This document shows, one piece after another, positions 52,233-61,881 of a stretch of 64,000 nt of DNA. Position numbers and translations under genes: made by a program. How positions within the stretch are numbered: the stretch's first letter is position 1; every line of letters starts with the position of its first letter. The notes under the pieces are model-generated. The model made no database searches, had not been told where the DNA came from, and saw nothing but the letters and a program-made list of their open reading frames with translations. The stretch is from an uncultured Solirubrobacteraceae bacterium (GTDB taxonomy: Bacteria > Actinomycetota > Thermoleophilia > Solirubrobacterales > Solirubrobacteraceae): contig CAVXBH010000014.1 of the NCBI GenBank assembly GCA_963759945.1, positions 88,884-152,883 of the forward strand, in the 5' to 3' direction.

Positions 52233-52613
52233 ATGCGTGTCCGGTCGCTGCCCGCCGTTCGCATCTTCGTCGACGGCGTCGAGCTCACCGGCGCGCACAC
52301 CGCGATCGGCCAGCTCGGCGGCTACGACCTCACGGTGGCCACCACCGTCGGCCCCTACGCCCTCGACGTACGGACCAGCGTCCTCGGTCACCCCGCCACC
52401 GAGACTGCGGTGTCGCATCTCGTCCGCGGACCCGGCCTGGCCGAGTGCATCGCCGAGCTCAAGCCCGCCGGAGGGCTGGCCGACGCCACCGGCAATTCGC
52501 GGCGGCTGCTTGATCACTTCGCGCAGGTCCAGGCGGCCCTTGAGCGGCTCGCCGAGGGCGCAGTGCGGATCGAGCTCGACGACGCCGCGCTCGGCCTCCC
52601 CCTGTTTGGCTGA
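52233..52613 (+). CDS. hypothetical protein
   Basis: Intact ORF with coding-like composition. Confidence 0.45.
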   Translation: MRVRSLPAVRIFVDGVELTGAHTAIGQLGGYDLTVATTVGPYALDVRTSVLGHPATETAVSHLVRGPGLAECIAELKPAGGLADATGNSRRLLDHFAQVQAALERLAEGAVRIELDDAALGLPLFG

Positions 52614-52705
52614 CCCGCCCTGTGGCTGACCGGGCTGCGCGTGGCGGCCTCGGCTTCGCCGGGTGAAGGCCGCCATGCTCACCCGCTCAAACAAGGAAGA
52701 ACCGC

Positions 52706-52906
52706 TTGATCCCCGTCGCACCTCGGGCCCGGCTGCTGCTCGCCGCCGTGACCCTCGCAATCGGGCTGTCTTCATCGGTGACCTTGCTCGCCGGCGCGCC
52801 CGATTCCCTGCCTGGTGTCGCGCTTGGGTCTGAGGTGCTGCTGCACGCCGAGCGCGTCGTGGCGTTTACCGCGGCCCTCGTCGTGCTGCTGTCTGTCGTC
52901 GCCTAG
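52706..52906 (+). CDS. small two-helix membrane protein
   Basis: Hydrophobic 66-aa ORF. Confidence 0.35.
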   Translation: MIPVAPRARLLLAAVTLAIGLSSSVTLLAGAPDSLPGVALGSEVLLHAERVVAFTAALVVLLSVVA

Positions 52907-53216
52907 GCCGCTGCAGGCCACCTGCCGACCCAGTTGCCACCGGCCTGGGATATGAGAACGACCAGGCGATTCAACAGCAACTAGCCAATCCAAGAGCAGA
53001 TCGACCGATTGTCAACGCTTGTCGCCGACCTGATGGAGGACTAGACCGTGACCGTTCCCGAAGCTAAAATGCCTTCCGTGGCGACCACCAAGAAGCTGGC
53101 TCCCAGGAGCGCGTCGAAGCGCTTTGGCGCATCCATCAGCTCCGCGCTGACAACGAGCGTCTCCGCCGCAAGGTCTGGCACAACATCGCGCGCATGAAGC
53201 GCGCGGCCGGCCGCGC

Positions 53217-53375
53217 CTAGGCCACGTCGTCGGCCTCCACGGCCGTCTCATCGAGGTTGATCCATGGCTCCTCGACGCTGTCGCTGCGCAGCAGCATCGC
53301 ATCGCAATGCGGACACCACGTCGACAGCTCGCGATTCACCGGGACCGGCCTCTGGCACTGCGGGCAAAAATTCAC
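53217..53375 (-). CDS. 52-aa zinc-ribbon protein (not in the ORF track)
   Basis: My own translation: VNFCPQCQRPVPVNRELSTWCPHCDAMLLRSDSVEEPWINLDETAVEADDVA*. Two CxxC pairs. Confidence 0.35.
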   Translation of the reverse strand: MNFCPQCQRPVPVNRELSTWCPHCDAMLLRSDSVEEPWINLDETAVEADDVA

Positions 53376-53556
53376 CGCGTTAGCGTTACATGGCCAGGCA
53401 CGATCGTCTAGCCGCTGGCGGAGTCGCTCCGCTCTATGCCGAGCTGCTTTACGCGGACCACACTGTGGCGGTCATGGCGCGAGGCGATTCGCCGCCGGCT
53501 ACGAGCTCCTTGCGACCGCCTGTAACGCCACGGGCCGCCATGGACATACTCTTGTA

Positions 53557-54099
53557 GTGCCCGATCTCGCTGACCGGACCGCAGCACTTCGCCGTTTCGG
53601 CGAAGTCTTTGAGCATCTCGGGGCTGTCGTGTCCTACGCGCGCCGCCGCGGCGCGGAGGACTCGGAAGGCATCGCGGCCGAGGTGATGACAATCGCGTGG
53701 AGGCGGTTGCCGGACCTGCCACCGGGCGACCCCCGACCCTGGCTGTTCTCAACGGCCCGCAATCTCGTGTTCGCGGAATGGCGTAGAGGCGAACGAGAGC
53801 GAAGCGCAACCCTGCGATCCGTTTGGGGCAACGATACGGAGGCACCGGCCCCAACGCTCGAACTCGAACCGGACTTGGAAGCAGCACTTCGCGCGTTGTC
53901 CTTGACAGACCGGGAAGCGCTACTGCTGATCGCTTGGGAAGAACTTACGCCAGCCGAGGCGGCCCGGAGCCTCGACGTTTCGCCGCTTGCCTTCCGCGTG
54001 CGGCTTCATCGGGCACGCAAGCGCCTACAAGCCGGCCTACCTAGCGCTAACGGCCAGCGCCCACCAACAACCACCCTCTCAAGGAGCAACAGTGCCTAG
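53557..54099 (+). CDS. ECF-type sigma-70 family factor (copy 2)
   Basis: GIAAEVMTIAWRRL, PWLFSTARNLVFAEWRR, LTDREALLLIAWEELTPAEAARSLDVSPLAFRVRLHRARKRL. GTG start chosen inside ORF 53257..54099. Confidence 0.75.
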   Translation: MPDLADRTAALRRFGEVFEHLGAVVSYARRRGAEDSEGIAAEVMTIAWRRLPDLPPGDPRPWLFSTARNLVFAEWRRGERERSATLRSVWGNDTEAPAPTLELEPDLEAALRALSLTDREALLLIAWEELTPAEAARSLDVSPLAFRVRLHRARKRLQAGLPSANGQRPPTTTLSRSNSA

Positions 54100-54913
54100 G
54101 AACCACACTGCCCTGGCTCGACTCCGCGACGCGAATCCGCATCGTTCGGAACGGCTCTCCGACGAAAGGCTCAAGGATCACATCGTGTCGCTCGACACCA
54201 ACTGGGAAGCACATTCACTGGCGGTGGCGGGCGAGCGAGGAGATAGGGTCACGCCCAAATTCCGACCCAAGCCCCAGCTCGTTATCGTCGCCGTTGCCCT
54301 TGCGCTCACGCTAATGGCGAGCGGCCTCCTGTCGGGCTCCGATTCGAGAATTGCGCAGGCGTTTCCCGTTCTTCAAAGTTCAACCGAACTGACGCCTGCC
54401 GCCCTGCAGCAATCCCCGGCACTGAAGACTTACGGTTTCGGGCCGGAAACAGCTCGAAGTTTCGATATAGAAGCCGGACACCCCGTCAAAACTCCATGGG
54501 GAACGGGGTACGTCTTGCAGAGCTCACAGGGCCTTTTGTGCATCGTCGCTCCCGGACTCAATTCCGTCGATTGGGGCGGCAGTTGCGCATCTGATGACAT
54601 CGCGGCCGCGGAGGGCACCCGCTTGACGGCTTACGCCCGCGAGGATGCGAAGGGTGAGGCGCGCGTGCTTGCGCTGCTTCCTCGGGGAGCTAGTGCCACA
54701 ATACGCGCTGGGGAAGGAGCGGCGCATGAAGTCGACGTCCGGGACGGGGTTCTGGCGACTCTTATCACTTCCCCGGTCCAAATCGTAATCACCACCGACA
54801 GCGCAACACGGTCCTATCAGGTATCGCCCAGAACAGCCCTCAAAGCTGCTGATCCTGAAAACGCCCCAGCTGCGTTAGATGGCGTTGGAGAGGCTACGGC
54901 CGGGGGCGGTTGA
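54092..54913 (+). CDS. single-pass membrane protein, putative anti-sigma factor (copy 2)
   Basis: AAGGAG 5 nt upstream of GTG 54092. Overlaps the sigma stop. TM LVIVAVALALTLMASGLL. Confidence 0.5.
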   Translation: MPRNHTALARLRDANPHRSERLSDERLKDHIVSLDTNWEAHSLAVAGERGDRVTPKFRPKPQLVIVAVALALTLMASGLLSGSDSRIAQAFPVLQSSTELTPAALQQSPALKTYGFGPETARSFDIEAGHPVKTPWGTGYVLQSSQGLLCIVAPGLNSVDWGGSCASDDIAAAEGTRLTAYAREDAKGEARVLALLPRGASATIRAGEGAAHEVDVRDGVLATLITSPVQIVITTDSATRSYQVSPRTALKAADPENAPAALDGVGEATAGGG

Positions 54914-54953
54914 GGCCGGATCGGGTCCGAGACGGACGAACTAGACCGCTTCA

Positions 54954-55076
<123 letters not shown>

Positions 55077-55211
55077 TCAAGAGCGTCTTTGTGTCCGATC
55101 ACGAACCCGGGGTTTGACCATCATCGGTCCGGACTGGTAGAAGCTGCTCTGAGGGAAGTGTCAGATCGACGGCTCGGTTCGGACATGTGTCGTCAGACAG
55201 AAAGGGCGCAT

Positions 55212-55877
55212 ATGAAGTACATGCTCGGTCGGAAGCCCCGACTCCAAACCGTTGCGACAGCCGTCGTGCTAGGGGTTCTGCCCCTGGCAGTGATCGTGGC
55301 CCCGAGCAGCGAGGCGAGCTCCAAGGCGAAGCGTCAAGCCGCAGAGCCGCTTGTGCAAGTTTGTCACGCAGCATTGGGGCCGGCAGTCGACGGCCAACCC
55401 TCTCCGGTACTCGATACGGGGTGCTTCCGAGCGACTGAGGCGCAGGCCGATGCCTACACCGAGACAGGAATCGGCGCCGAAGCAGCAAGAAGGAAAAAGG
55501 GGCCGAAGGCGCGAGCGAGCGCCACCTACGATCTCGCACTTATGTGGAAAGACACGCAGGGCAACGGTTCGCGGTACGTCTTTACGACAACGTCCTCCTG
55601 CGAGCTAAACGGAAGGTACTTCGAGGCAACCGACTTTGGCAACAGTTCAAAGTGGGGCGTCACATGGCTTAACAATAACGTTGAGTCAGATGTACCGAGT
55701 GCGACCTTCGCCCAATGCTATCGAAATATTCTCTTCGACAACGCCCAACTCACGGGTGACGCAGCGAACTGCGACAGGGAGGACACCATCGTAGGCTCGA
55801 CTTGCTGGTACGGAATTACCAGCAGCATGAACAACCGCGCCAGCTCGGCACGCTTCAAGTGGGGGAGCGGGCACTAG
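55212..55877 (+). CDS. secreted protein with beta/gamma-crystallin / inhibitor-I36-like C-terminal motif
   Basis: MKYMLGRKPRLQTVATAVVLGVLPLAVIVAPSSEA signal. C-terminal CWYGITSSMNNRASSARF resembles the N(D/N)RASS strand of that fold. Confidence 0.55.
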   Translation: MKYMLGRKPRLQTVATAVVLGVLPLAVIVAPSSEASSKAKRQAAEPLVQVCHAALGPAVDGQPSPVLDTGCFRATEAQADAYTETGIGAEAARRKKGPKARASATYDLALMWKDTQGNGSRYVFTTTSSCELNGRYFEATDFGNSSKWGVTWLNNNVESDVPSATFAQCYRNILFDNAQLTGDAANCDREDTIVGSTCWYGITSSMNNRASSARFKWGSGH

Positions 55878-56347
55878 CGCGATAGATGGGACAACACCTG
55901 GGGCCATCCGACTATCGGATGGCCCCGCGGTAGTGCTGGCGGACTGTCAATCCGAGGTCCGTGAACCGCGCGCCCGCCGGCAACGGTTTCCGAGACGTCC
56001 TGCGGGGACCGGCGCGCTCCAGAAACGGTCCGGCAGCTCGAGCCGTGAGGACCGCGAGAACGTCAATCCGAACGAACGGGGCCGACGAGCACCTCGACGA
56101 AACGCGTCCTTCCGTGCGTCCGCGTGACGGTCAGCGCGAGCCACCATCCAGGCGCCCCGGTTAGGGCGCCGCAACTAGGGCATGGCTCGCGTAATGGCCG
56201 CCGCGGTGAGAGAATTCAGCCTCGACGTCGGAGAGTCGCCTTCTACGGAGGCTCGCCGGAACCACTGGAGCGCGCGGCCGCCGGAAGTGTTCGTACGAAG
56301 AACCGGTGGGCGATGGTGTCACCTGGCCAGCGCGAATGCTGGCGTTC

Positions 56348-56539
56348 CTAGTCGGTTTCGGCGTGGTCCACGAGCCCGGCGTTGCGAGCGCTGCCCGCAC
56401 ACCAGTGATACGAGCGCGGCGGATAACCGAACTCGCTGTGCCAATGCTTGACCGCTGCGACGATCGCGTCGCGGGACCAGGTGTGCCGGGCGGCGTAGTG
56501 ATGGACGTTGCCGTTGCGGCGGCGCGTCGGCATGCCCAT
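56348..56539 (-). pseudogene. fragment with a homing-endonuclease-associated repeat (W.R..I..A...W....G.PP....W)
   Basis: HTWSRDAIVAAVKHWHSEFGYPPRSYHW. The surrounding 56.5-56.9 kb reads only in pieces. Confidence 0.3.
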
Positions 56540-56879
56540 CGATTACGGCATCCCGGAACGGCGTCCTTGATCGTCGTTTCCAGGCGGCGAAGCATGCACG
56601 ACGTTCGTGAGCTGAGCACCTCGGACAATGCCTCAGCCCTGCGCGGTGGTCCCCGACGTTCGCCTGTCAGCGTGCAAGCCTCGCCGCGTGCCGTTCGCAA
56701 GCTCTGCCTCGGATGTGAGCACTGGGCGCCCGCTGAGGCGTGGCGGTCGCTTGGCCGCGCAGGTTTCAGGAGGCATTTCCCGGTTGCGGCGCCGGTTACG
56801 ACGTTGCCGAGCTCGAGACATGCCTGGCGGTGGATCTCGGAAGGGGTGCGCCGCCGCCGGCGAGGTCGTAGGCGCGATG

Positions 56880-57639
56880 CGCGGCTCACGTAGCGATCCG
56901 TCGGCGTCTTCGCGGGAGTAGACGATCGTCACGCTCGCCCCGGGTCGGCCGTGGCTGACTCGATTGGTGAGCGCGACGACGCGCCGACCGTCGACGTCGC
57001 AGATGGCGTGCAGCTTGCCGCCGCGGCCGCGGATGACGGTTCTCAACTGGCCTTGGACGGCGTGGCGGGCTTTGTGCTTTCGCCAGCTCGAGCAGCGTCC
57101 GGCACGGTAGGTAGAGCGCGGGCGCTCGAGGATCGAGCCCTCGAAGCCCAGCTCGACGAGCTCGGCGTGGGTGCTCGGCTTGGCCGGCAGGTTGTCGATG
57201 GTGCGGATCCGCGTTGAGGAGAGGTCCAGCTGCCGCAGGCGCTGATCGCGGTCCTGCCACGGCTCGCGGCGGACGTCGGCGCCGGCGTCAGCGACCAGGT
57301 CGAAGACGACCAGCGCCAACCGGTCGGCGCCGCGGCGGTAGCGTCCGAACACGCCGCGGCCGACGGCGGCGAAGTCCTGCGCAGGCCGGCGGTCGCGGTC
57401 CCCTACTGCGACGAGCTCGCCGTCAAGGACGGTGCCCGCGGCCAGGTGTTCGAGGCCTCGCAGGAGGTCGCCGACCCTGTCGGTCAGGTCGGTGTTGTGG
57501 CGTGAGCGGGCCCGGACATGGCCGTGGGTGTCGACGTGCACGAAAAAGCGGTAGCCGTCCCACTCGGCTGCAGGATCCAGTCGTCGCCGTCGGGCCATTC
57601 GCGGGCGGGAGCACTGAGCATCGCTTCCCATCGAGCCAT
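56880..57639 (-). CDS. ATP-dependent DNA ligase (short LigC/LigD-ligase type), frame break inside the motif I lysine codon; 3' end approximate
   Basis: MARWEAMLSAPAREWPDGDDWILQP | (K)WDGYRFFV, DGELV, FEGSILERP, WRKHK, DGSLREPR. Confidence 0.7.
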
Positions 57640-57676
57640 GAGGCGAGGCTAGATCGCGCTGCCAGTGCGTGGGCCA

Positions 57677-57748
57677 TGCCCGCCCCGACTGTGGCACGCC
57701 TGGCGGCGTGCGGCCGGGGTCGGGACAGGCCCCGCACCGGGCGGGGCC
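57677..57748 (+). promoter_or_regulatory. two-hairpin repeated leader element, copy A (upstream of comM)
   Basis: GCACGCC-TGGC-GGCGTGC, then GGCCCCGC-ACCGG-GCGGGGCC. About 72 nt, near-identical to 59302-59374. RBS and ATG follow within 25 nt. Confidence 0.6.
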
Positions 57749-57772
57749 GCCCTGCGAGAAGGAGCAGAGCAC

Positions 57773-59284
57773 ATGCTGGCATCAGTCACGTCGTTCGCTA
57801 TCGACGGTGTCCAGTCGCGGCGGGTGACCGTCGAGGTCGATGTCCGTCGCGGCCTGCCCGCGTTCACCGTGATCGGCTTGGCCGACGCGTCGGTGCGCGA
57901 GGCGCGCGAGCGGGTCCGTTGCGCGATCGAGAACGCCGGCTTCACGTTCCCCGCGGGGCGGGTCACCGCGAACATCGCGCCGGCGTACCTGCGCAAGTCC
58001 GGCCCCCACTTCGACCTCGCGCTCGCCGTCGCCGTGCTGGTGGCCAGCGGACAGCTCGACACCGCGGCGATCGCCGGGTGTGCGTTCGTCGGCGAGCTCT
58101 CGTTCGAGGGGGCGGTGATGCCGGTGCGGGGTGCGCTGCCGATCTCCCAGGCCGCCGCTCGGACCGGTGTCGCCAAGCTGGTGGTGCCCGCGTCGCGGGC
58201 CGCTGAGGCCGCGCTCGCCGGGGGCGTGGAGATCCTGGGCGTGCAGTCGCTTCCCCACGCCGTCGGCGTGCTGCAGGGCCAGACCGAGCCGGTGAGTCCG
58301 AGCGCGGGCGTCTGCCTGTCGGCCGACGACGAGCCCGACCTGTCAGACATCCGCGGCCACACCGCACTGATCGAGCCGCTGACTGTCGCCGCCGCGGGCG
58401 GCCACAACGTCCTGCTGCAGGGCCCGGCCGGTTCGGGGAAGACGATGCTCGCCCGCCGGATCCCTTCGCTCCTGCCGCCCCTGTCCGAGGAAGAGGCGCT
58501 CGAGGTCACGGCCATCCATTCCGTCGCCGGCGTCGGTGACCGCGGCCAGCTGGTCACGCGCCGGCCGTTTCGCGCACCTCACCACCTGGTCTGCCCCGCC
58601 GCCCTGGTCGGCGGTGCCGCGGCCGCGCTGCCCGGTGAGGTCACGCTGGCGCACCGGGGCGTGCTGTTTCTCGACGAGCTGACGGAGTTCAGTCGCAACA
58701 GCCTCGAGGCTCTGCGTCAGCCGCTTGAGGACGGCCGCGTCGTGGTGGTCCGGGCGCAGCGGGTCATGGTGTTCCCGACCCGGGTGATGCTCATCGCCGC
58801 CGCAGCGCTGTGCCCGTGCGGGCTCGGCGAGCCGTCGTGCCGCTGCACCGGAGCCGAGCGCGCCCGCCACCACCGGCGGCTGTCCGGTCCGCTGCTGGAT
58901 CGCGTCGACATGGCGTTGCAGGTGCCGCGCCCCTCGGCGGGCCAGCTGCACGACCATGCGCCGAGCTCGTCGTCGGTGCGCGAGCGCGTGGTTGCCGCCC
59001 GGGCGCTGCAGACCGAGCGGCTGGCCGGGACGGGCGCGAAGTGCAACGCGCAGATGACGCCGGCGATGCTGCGCGAGCTGGCGCGGGTCACGCCTTCGGC
59101 GCGGCGGCGGTTGTACGACATGCACGACGTCGACGCGCTCACCGCGCTCGGCCACCACCGGTTGCTGCGGGTCGCACGCACCATCGCCGACCTGGCCCAG
59201 TCGCCCGACGTCGAGCCCGGTCACGTCGACCAGGCGATGTCGCTTACGTCGCCTCCGAGGGTGGAGGTGGCGGCGGCGTCGTGA
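57773..59284 (+). CDS. comM: ComM/YifB-family Mg-chelatase-like AAA+ protein; intact
   Basis: GAAGGAG RBS. MLASVTSFAIDGV, Walker A GPAGSGKT, Walker B VLFLDE, CPCG...C zinc module. Confidence 0.9.
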   Translation: MLASVTSFAIDGVQSRRVTVEVDVRRGLPAFTVIGLADASVREARERVRCAIENAGFTFPAGRVTANIAPAYLRKSGPHFDLALAVAVLVASGQLDTAAIAGCAFVGELSFEGAVMPVRGALPISQAAARTGVAKLVVPASRAAEAALAGGVEILGVQSLPHAVGVLQGQTEPVSPSAGVCLSADDEPDLSDIRGHTALIEPLTVAAAGGHNVLLQGPAGSGKTMLARRIPSLLPPLSEEEALEVTAIHSVAGVGDRGQLVTRRPFRAPHHLVCPAALVGGAAAALPGEVTLAHRGVLFLDELTEFSRNSLEALRQPLEDGRVVVVRAQRVMVFPTRVMLIAAAALCPCGLGEPSCRCTGAERARHHRRLSGPLLDRVDMALQVPRPSAGQLHDHAPSSSSVRERVVAARALQTERLAGTGAKCNAQMTPAMLRELARVTPSARRRLYDMHDVDALTALGHHRLLRVARTIADLAQSPDVEPGHVDQAMSLTSPPRVEVAAAS

Positions 59285-59301
59285 CCGCCGGTGCGGAGCG
59301 C

Positions 59302-59374
59302 TGCCCGACCCCGACTTTGGCACGCCTTACGGCGTGCTGCGGGGGCCGGGACAGGCCCCGCACCGGGCGGGGCC
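59302..59374 (+). promoter_or_regulatory. two-hairpin repeated leader element, copy B (upstream of the ParB-like gene)
   Basis: Same stems as copy A. The loop of hairpin 1 differs (TTAC vs TGGC) while the stem is kept. Confidence 0.6.
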
Positions 59375-59392
59375 ACTCGCAACAAAAGGGAG

Positions 59393-61201
59393 ATGACCAT
59401 CGTGTCAATCGCCACCACCGTTTTCACCGAGCACGTCGAGCAGCAGCTCGTGCCCCTGGCGTCTGTTATCGCCGCCGGCAACGTCCGCGATCTCGACCTC
59501 GAGCACGTCGAACGACTTGGCCGCGTCGATCGCGCTTCGCGGCCTGATCAGCCCGCTCACTGTCAAGCCGACCGAGGACGGCTCGTTCGAGCTGGTGGCC
59601 GGCTTCCATCGCCACGCCGCCTGCACCAAGCTCGGCCTCGAACGAGGTGCCGGTGACCGTCCGCACCCACGAGGGCACGTCCGCCGACTCGGCCGCCGAG
59701 AACGTCCTGCGCAAGCAGCTGACGCCGCTTGAGGAGGCGCGCGCGGTGCAGGCGATGCTCGACGAGGGCTACACCCTCGACGGCGCCGCCGACCGTGCTC
59801 GGGCTGGAGCCGCGCACTCGTGACGGCGCGCGCGAAGATCCTCGAGCTGCCGGAGCAGGCGCAGTTGCTCGTCGGGGCCGGGCAGATCCCGGTGTCGGCG
59901 ATCGACTCGCTGCTGACGCATCAACACGGTCTCGCCGGAGCTCACCGCGGCGCTGGCCAACGGCGATCGTCGAGGGCGACGTCGCGCGGCACCGACCTGC
60001 GCGGCAACCTCGGCTGGGCGCTCGGCCGCGCGATGGGTCATGCCCCGAAGGGCACGTTCGCCGCGTACCTCAACACGCTGTCGACGCGCGAGATCGAGCC
60101 GCTCAAGCTCGGCAAGCGCGTCGACGGCGCAGCTCGAGCAGGCCGCAGGCGCTCTACAAGGCAGCTCGACCAGTACGCCTACGGGCTGCCGACGATCCGC
60201 TTCACCGAGGAGCACGTCGACCAGGCCCGCGCCGCCGGCGTCCTCATCGAGCTCGACGGATGCCGCCGCCGATCATCGTCGACCGGCCGCTCTACCGCGA
60301 GCTGGCCAAGGCGGCGATCGAGCAACACCGTCGCGGAGCTCGAGGAGCGCAAGCAGCGCAAGGCCGAGCAGCAGACCCAGCTGCGCGCGGAGTCCGCCGC
60401 GCGGCCCAAGACGCCGCGGGACGAGCTCGACGTCGAGCACCGCGCGCAGGCCCGCGAGTTCGCCCGCCGCGCGCACGGCGTCAACCTCGACCTCGGCGCG
60501 GCGCTGCTGAACGGCCTGCTCCATCGTCGACCCGGCCGACATGGACGTCGCGCGGTTCTTCGCGCTGCGGGCCTGCTCGGGCCGGAGCGCTCCAACCACC
60601 TCGGCAGCGCCGACAACGTCGCCCGCACCCTCGCCGCCAACGGCATCCGGCTCGTCCTCGACGAGTTCCGCACCACCGAGACCCCGACGCTGAAGTCCGG
60701 CAAGCCGGGCAAAACGAAGGTCACCTACGGCGAGGTCGACGACGCACAGGCGTGGCTGTGGAAGTTCGTCAACGGGCGCCAAGACCGCCGGCGAGCTCTA
60801 CGGCCGCGCGCTCGTCGTCTACGCCGCCCAGCACTACGCGCTGCAGATCGCGCTGCCCAACAGCCAGCGCCGCGGCGTCGTCGCGCCCGCCTCGCAGAAG
60901 GACATCGCGAGGAAGGCGCTGGAGAAGCTGGCCAAGCCGGTGCTGCCCGACACCTACAAGCAGCTCACGCGCGCGATCGCGCGCGAGGCGACCGGCTACC
61001 GCAAGTCCATCGAGGACCTCGAGCAGAAGGAACGCGAGGCCCGTGACGCCGCCCGCAAGGAGCCGCCGAGGCCACCGATGCCGCGGCCGGGCACTGCCAC
61101 CGAGGCCCGAGGTCGACGAGGAAGCGGCCGGGCTGGACGTCGACGAGCTCGCCGAGGCCTTCGACGCGGAGGAGCTCGACTCCGAGGAGGCGCTCGCCTG
61201 A
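59393..61201 (+). CDS. long ParB/Srx-fold N-terminal domain protein, several frame breaks
   Basis: LISPLTVKPTEDGSFELVAGFHRHAAC, ENVLRKQLTPLEEARA. Continues through ORFs 59820.. and 59729... Acidic tail EELDSEEALA*. Confidence 0.7.
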
Positions 61202-61776
61202 TGGGCGAGTTCGCGCTCTACGGCCCCGAGCAGATCAAGATCGGGACCTGCGAGGACCTCTACTACCTGCGCCCCGAACAGGCGCAGGTGGTGCGGCCTG
61301 TCGACGTCGCCGGCGAGTTCGACTGGTCGGTCTACCGGTTCCGCTTCCCGTGGCCCGACGAGGACCACGTCGCTCCCGGGGACTTCGACGACTTCGACAA
61401 GGGCTGGCTGCTGCAGCTACCGCCCACCGAAGGCGTCGAGCATCAGCCGGTGGAGTTCCGAAACACCAACATCGGCTACCGGGTGCATCTCCCATGTCCG
61501 GAGACCCGCGGCGACAACGGTCTCGATGTCGTCCGCAGCCGGTTCACCGGACCGGTTCATCTCGTCCAGCAGCGGCTGTGGGACGGATGCCTGGTGCCGG
61601 TGCTGCGCTGCGTGTGCGGGACGCGGTGGCGCCTTGAGACGATCGACGACTGCCTCGAGCTCCTCGCCGAGTTGCAACGGCAGGACTTCCTCGGCGACGA
61701 GTGGGCCGACGAGATCCACCGGCGAATTGTGCGCGGCTTCGATCGCAGGTATGTGCGCGCCATCGGGCTCGCCTGA
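61201..61776 (+). CDS. hypothetical protein
   Basis: The ATG overlaps the upstream TGA. Intact 191 aa, Cys-containing. Confidence 0.55.
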   Translation: MGEFALYGPEQIKIGTCEDLYYLRPEQAQVVRPVDVAGEFDWSVYRFRFPWPDEDHVAPGDFDDFDKGWLLQLPPTEGVEHQPVEFRNTNIGYRVHLPCPETRGDNGLDVVRSRFTGPVHLVQQRLWDGCLVPVLRCVCGTRWRLETIDDCLELLAELQRQDFLGDEWADEIHRRIVRGFDRRYVRAIGLA

Positions 61777-61803
61777 CCATCCCCGTCATCGGTCGTTTCG
61801 GTT

Positions 61804-61829
61804 GAGAGGCCCGCCCTGGTGGGCCTCTC
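61804..61829 (+). terminator. hairpin GAGAGGCCC-N8-GGGCCTCTC
   Basis: Perfect 9-bp stem 28 nt after the stop at 61776. Confidence 0.45.
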
Positions 61830-61843
61830 GTCGTGGCGTCGGA

Positions 61844-61878
61844 TTCCCAACTGAGCGGCGCCAGCCCGTGCATTACCG
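61844..61878 (+). promoter_or_regulatory. repeated 5' element, copy 2 (see 49328-49362)
   Basis: TTCCCAACTG-N8-CAGCCCGTGCATTACCG, followed by AGC then the ATG at 61882. Confidence 0.4.
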
Positions 61879-61881
61879 AGC

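Noticed and set aside
53040-53220. Small plus-strand coiled-coil ORF (MPSVATTKKLAPRSASKRF.. / ..HQLRADNERLRRKVWHNIARMKRAAGRA*)
   Set aside because: It needs an assumed frameshift to connect a start codon to the protein-like C-terminal part, so the evidence is too weak to list as a feature.
57665-57772. Conserved N-terminal peptide extension (PRLWHA.RRAAG.GTGPAPGGA) on ComM and the ParB-like protein, starting at GTG 57665 / 59291
   Set aside because: The amino-acid identity simply mirrors near-identical DNA. ComM homologs begin at the MLA... Met, which has its own RBS. The sequence forms two strong hairpins with a loop-only difference, pointing to a nucleic-acid element.
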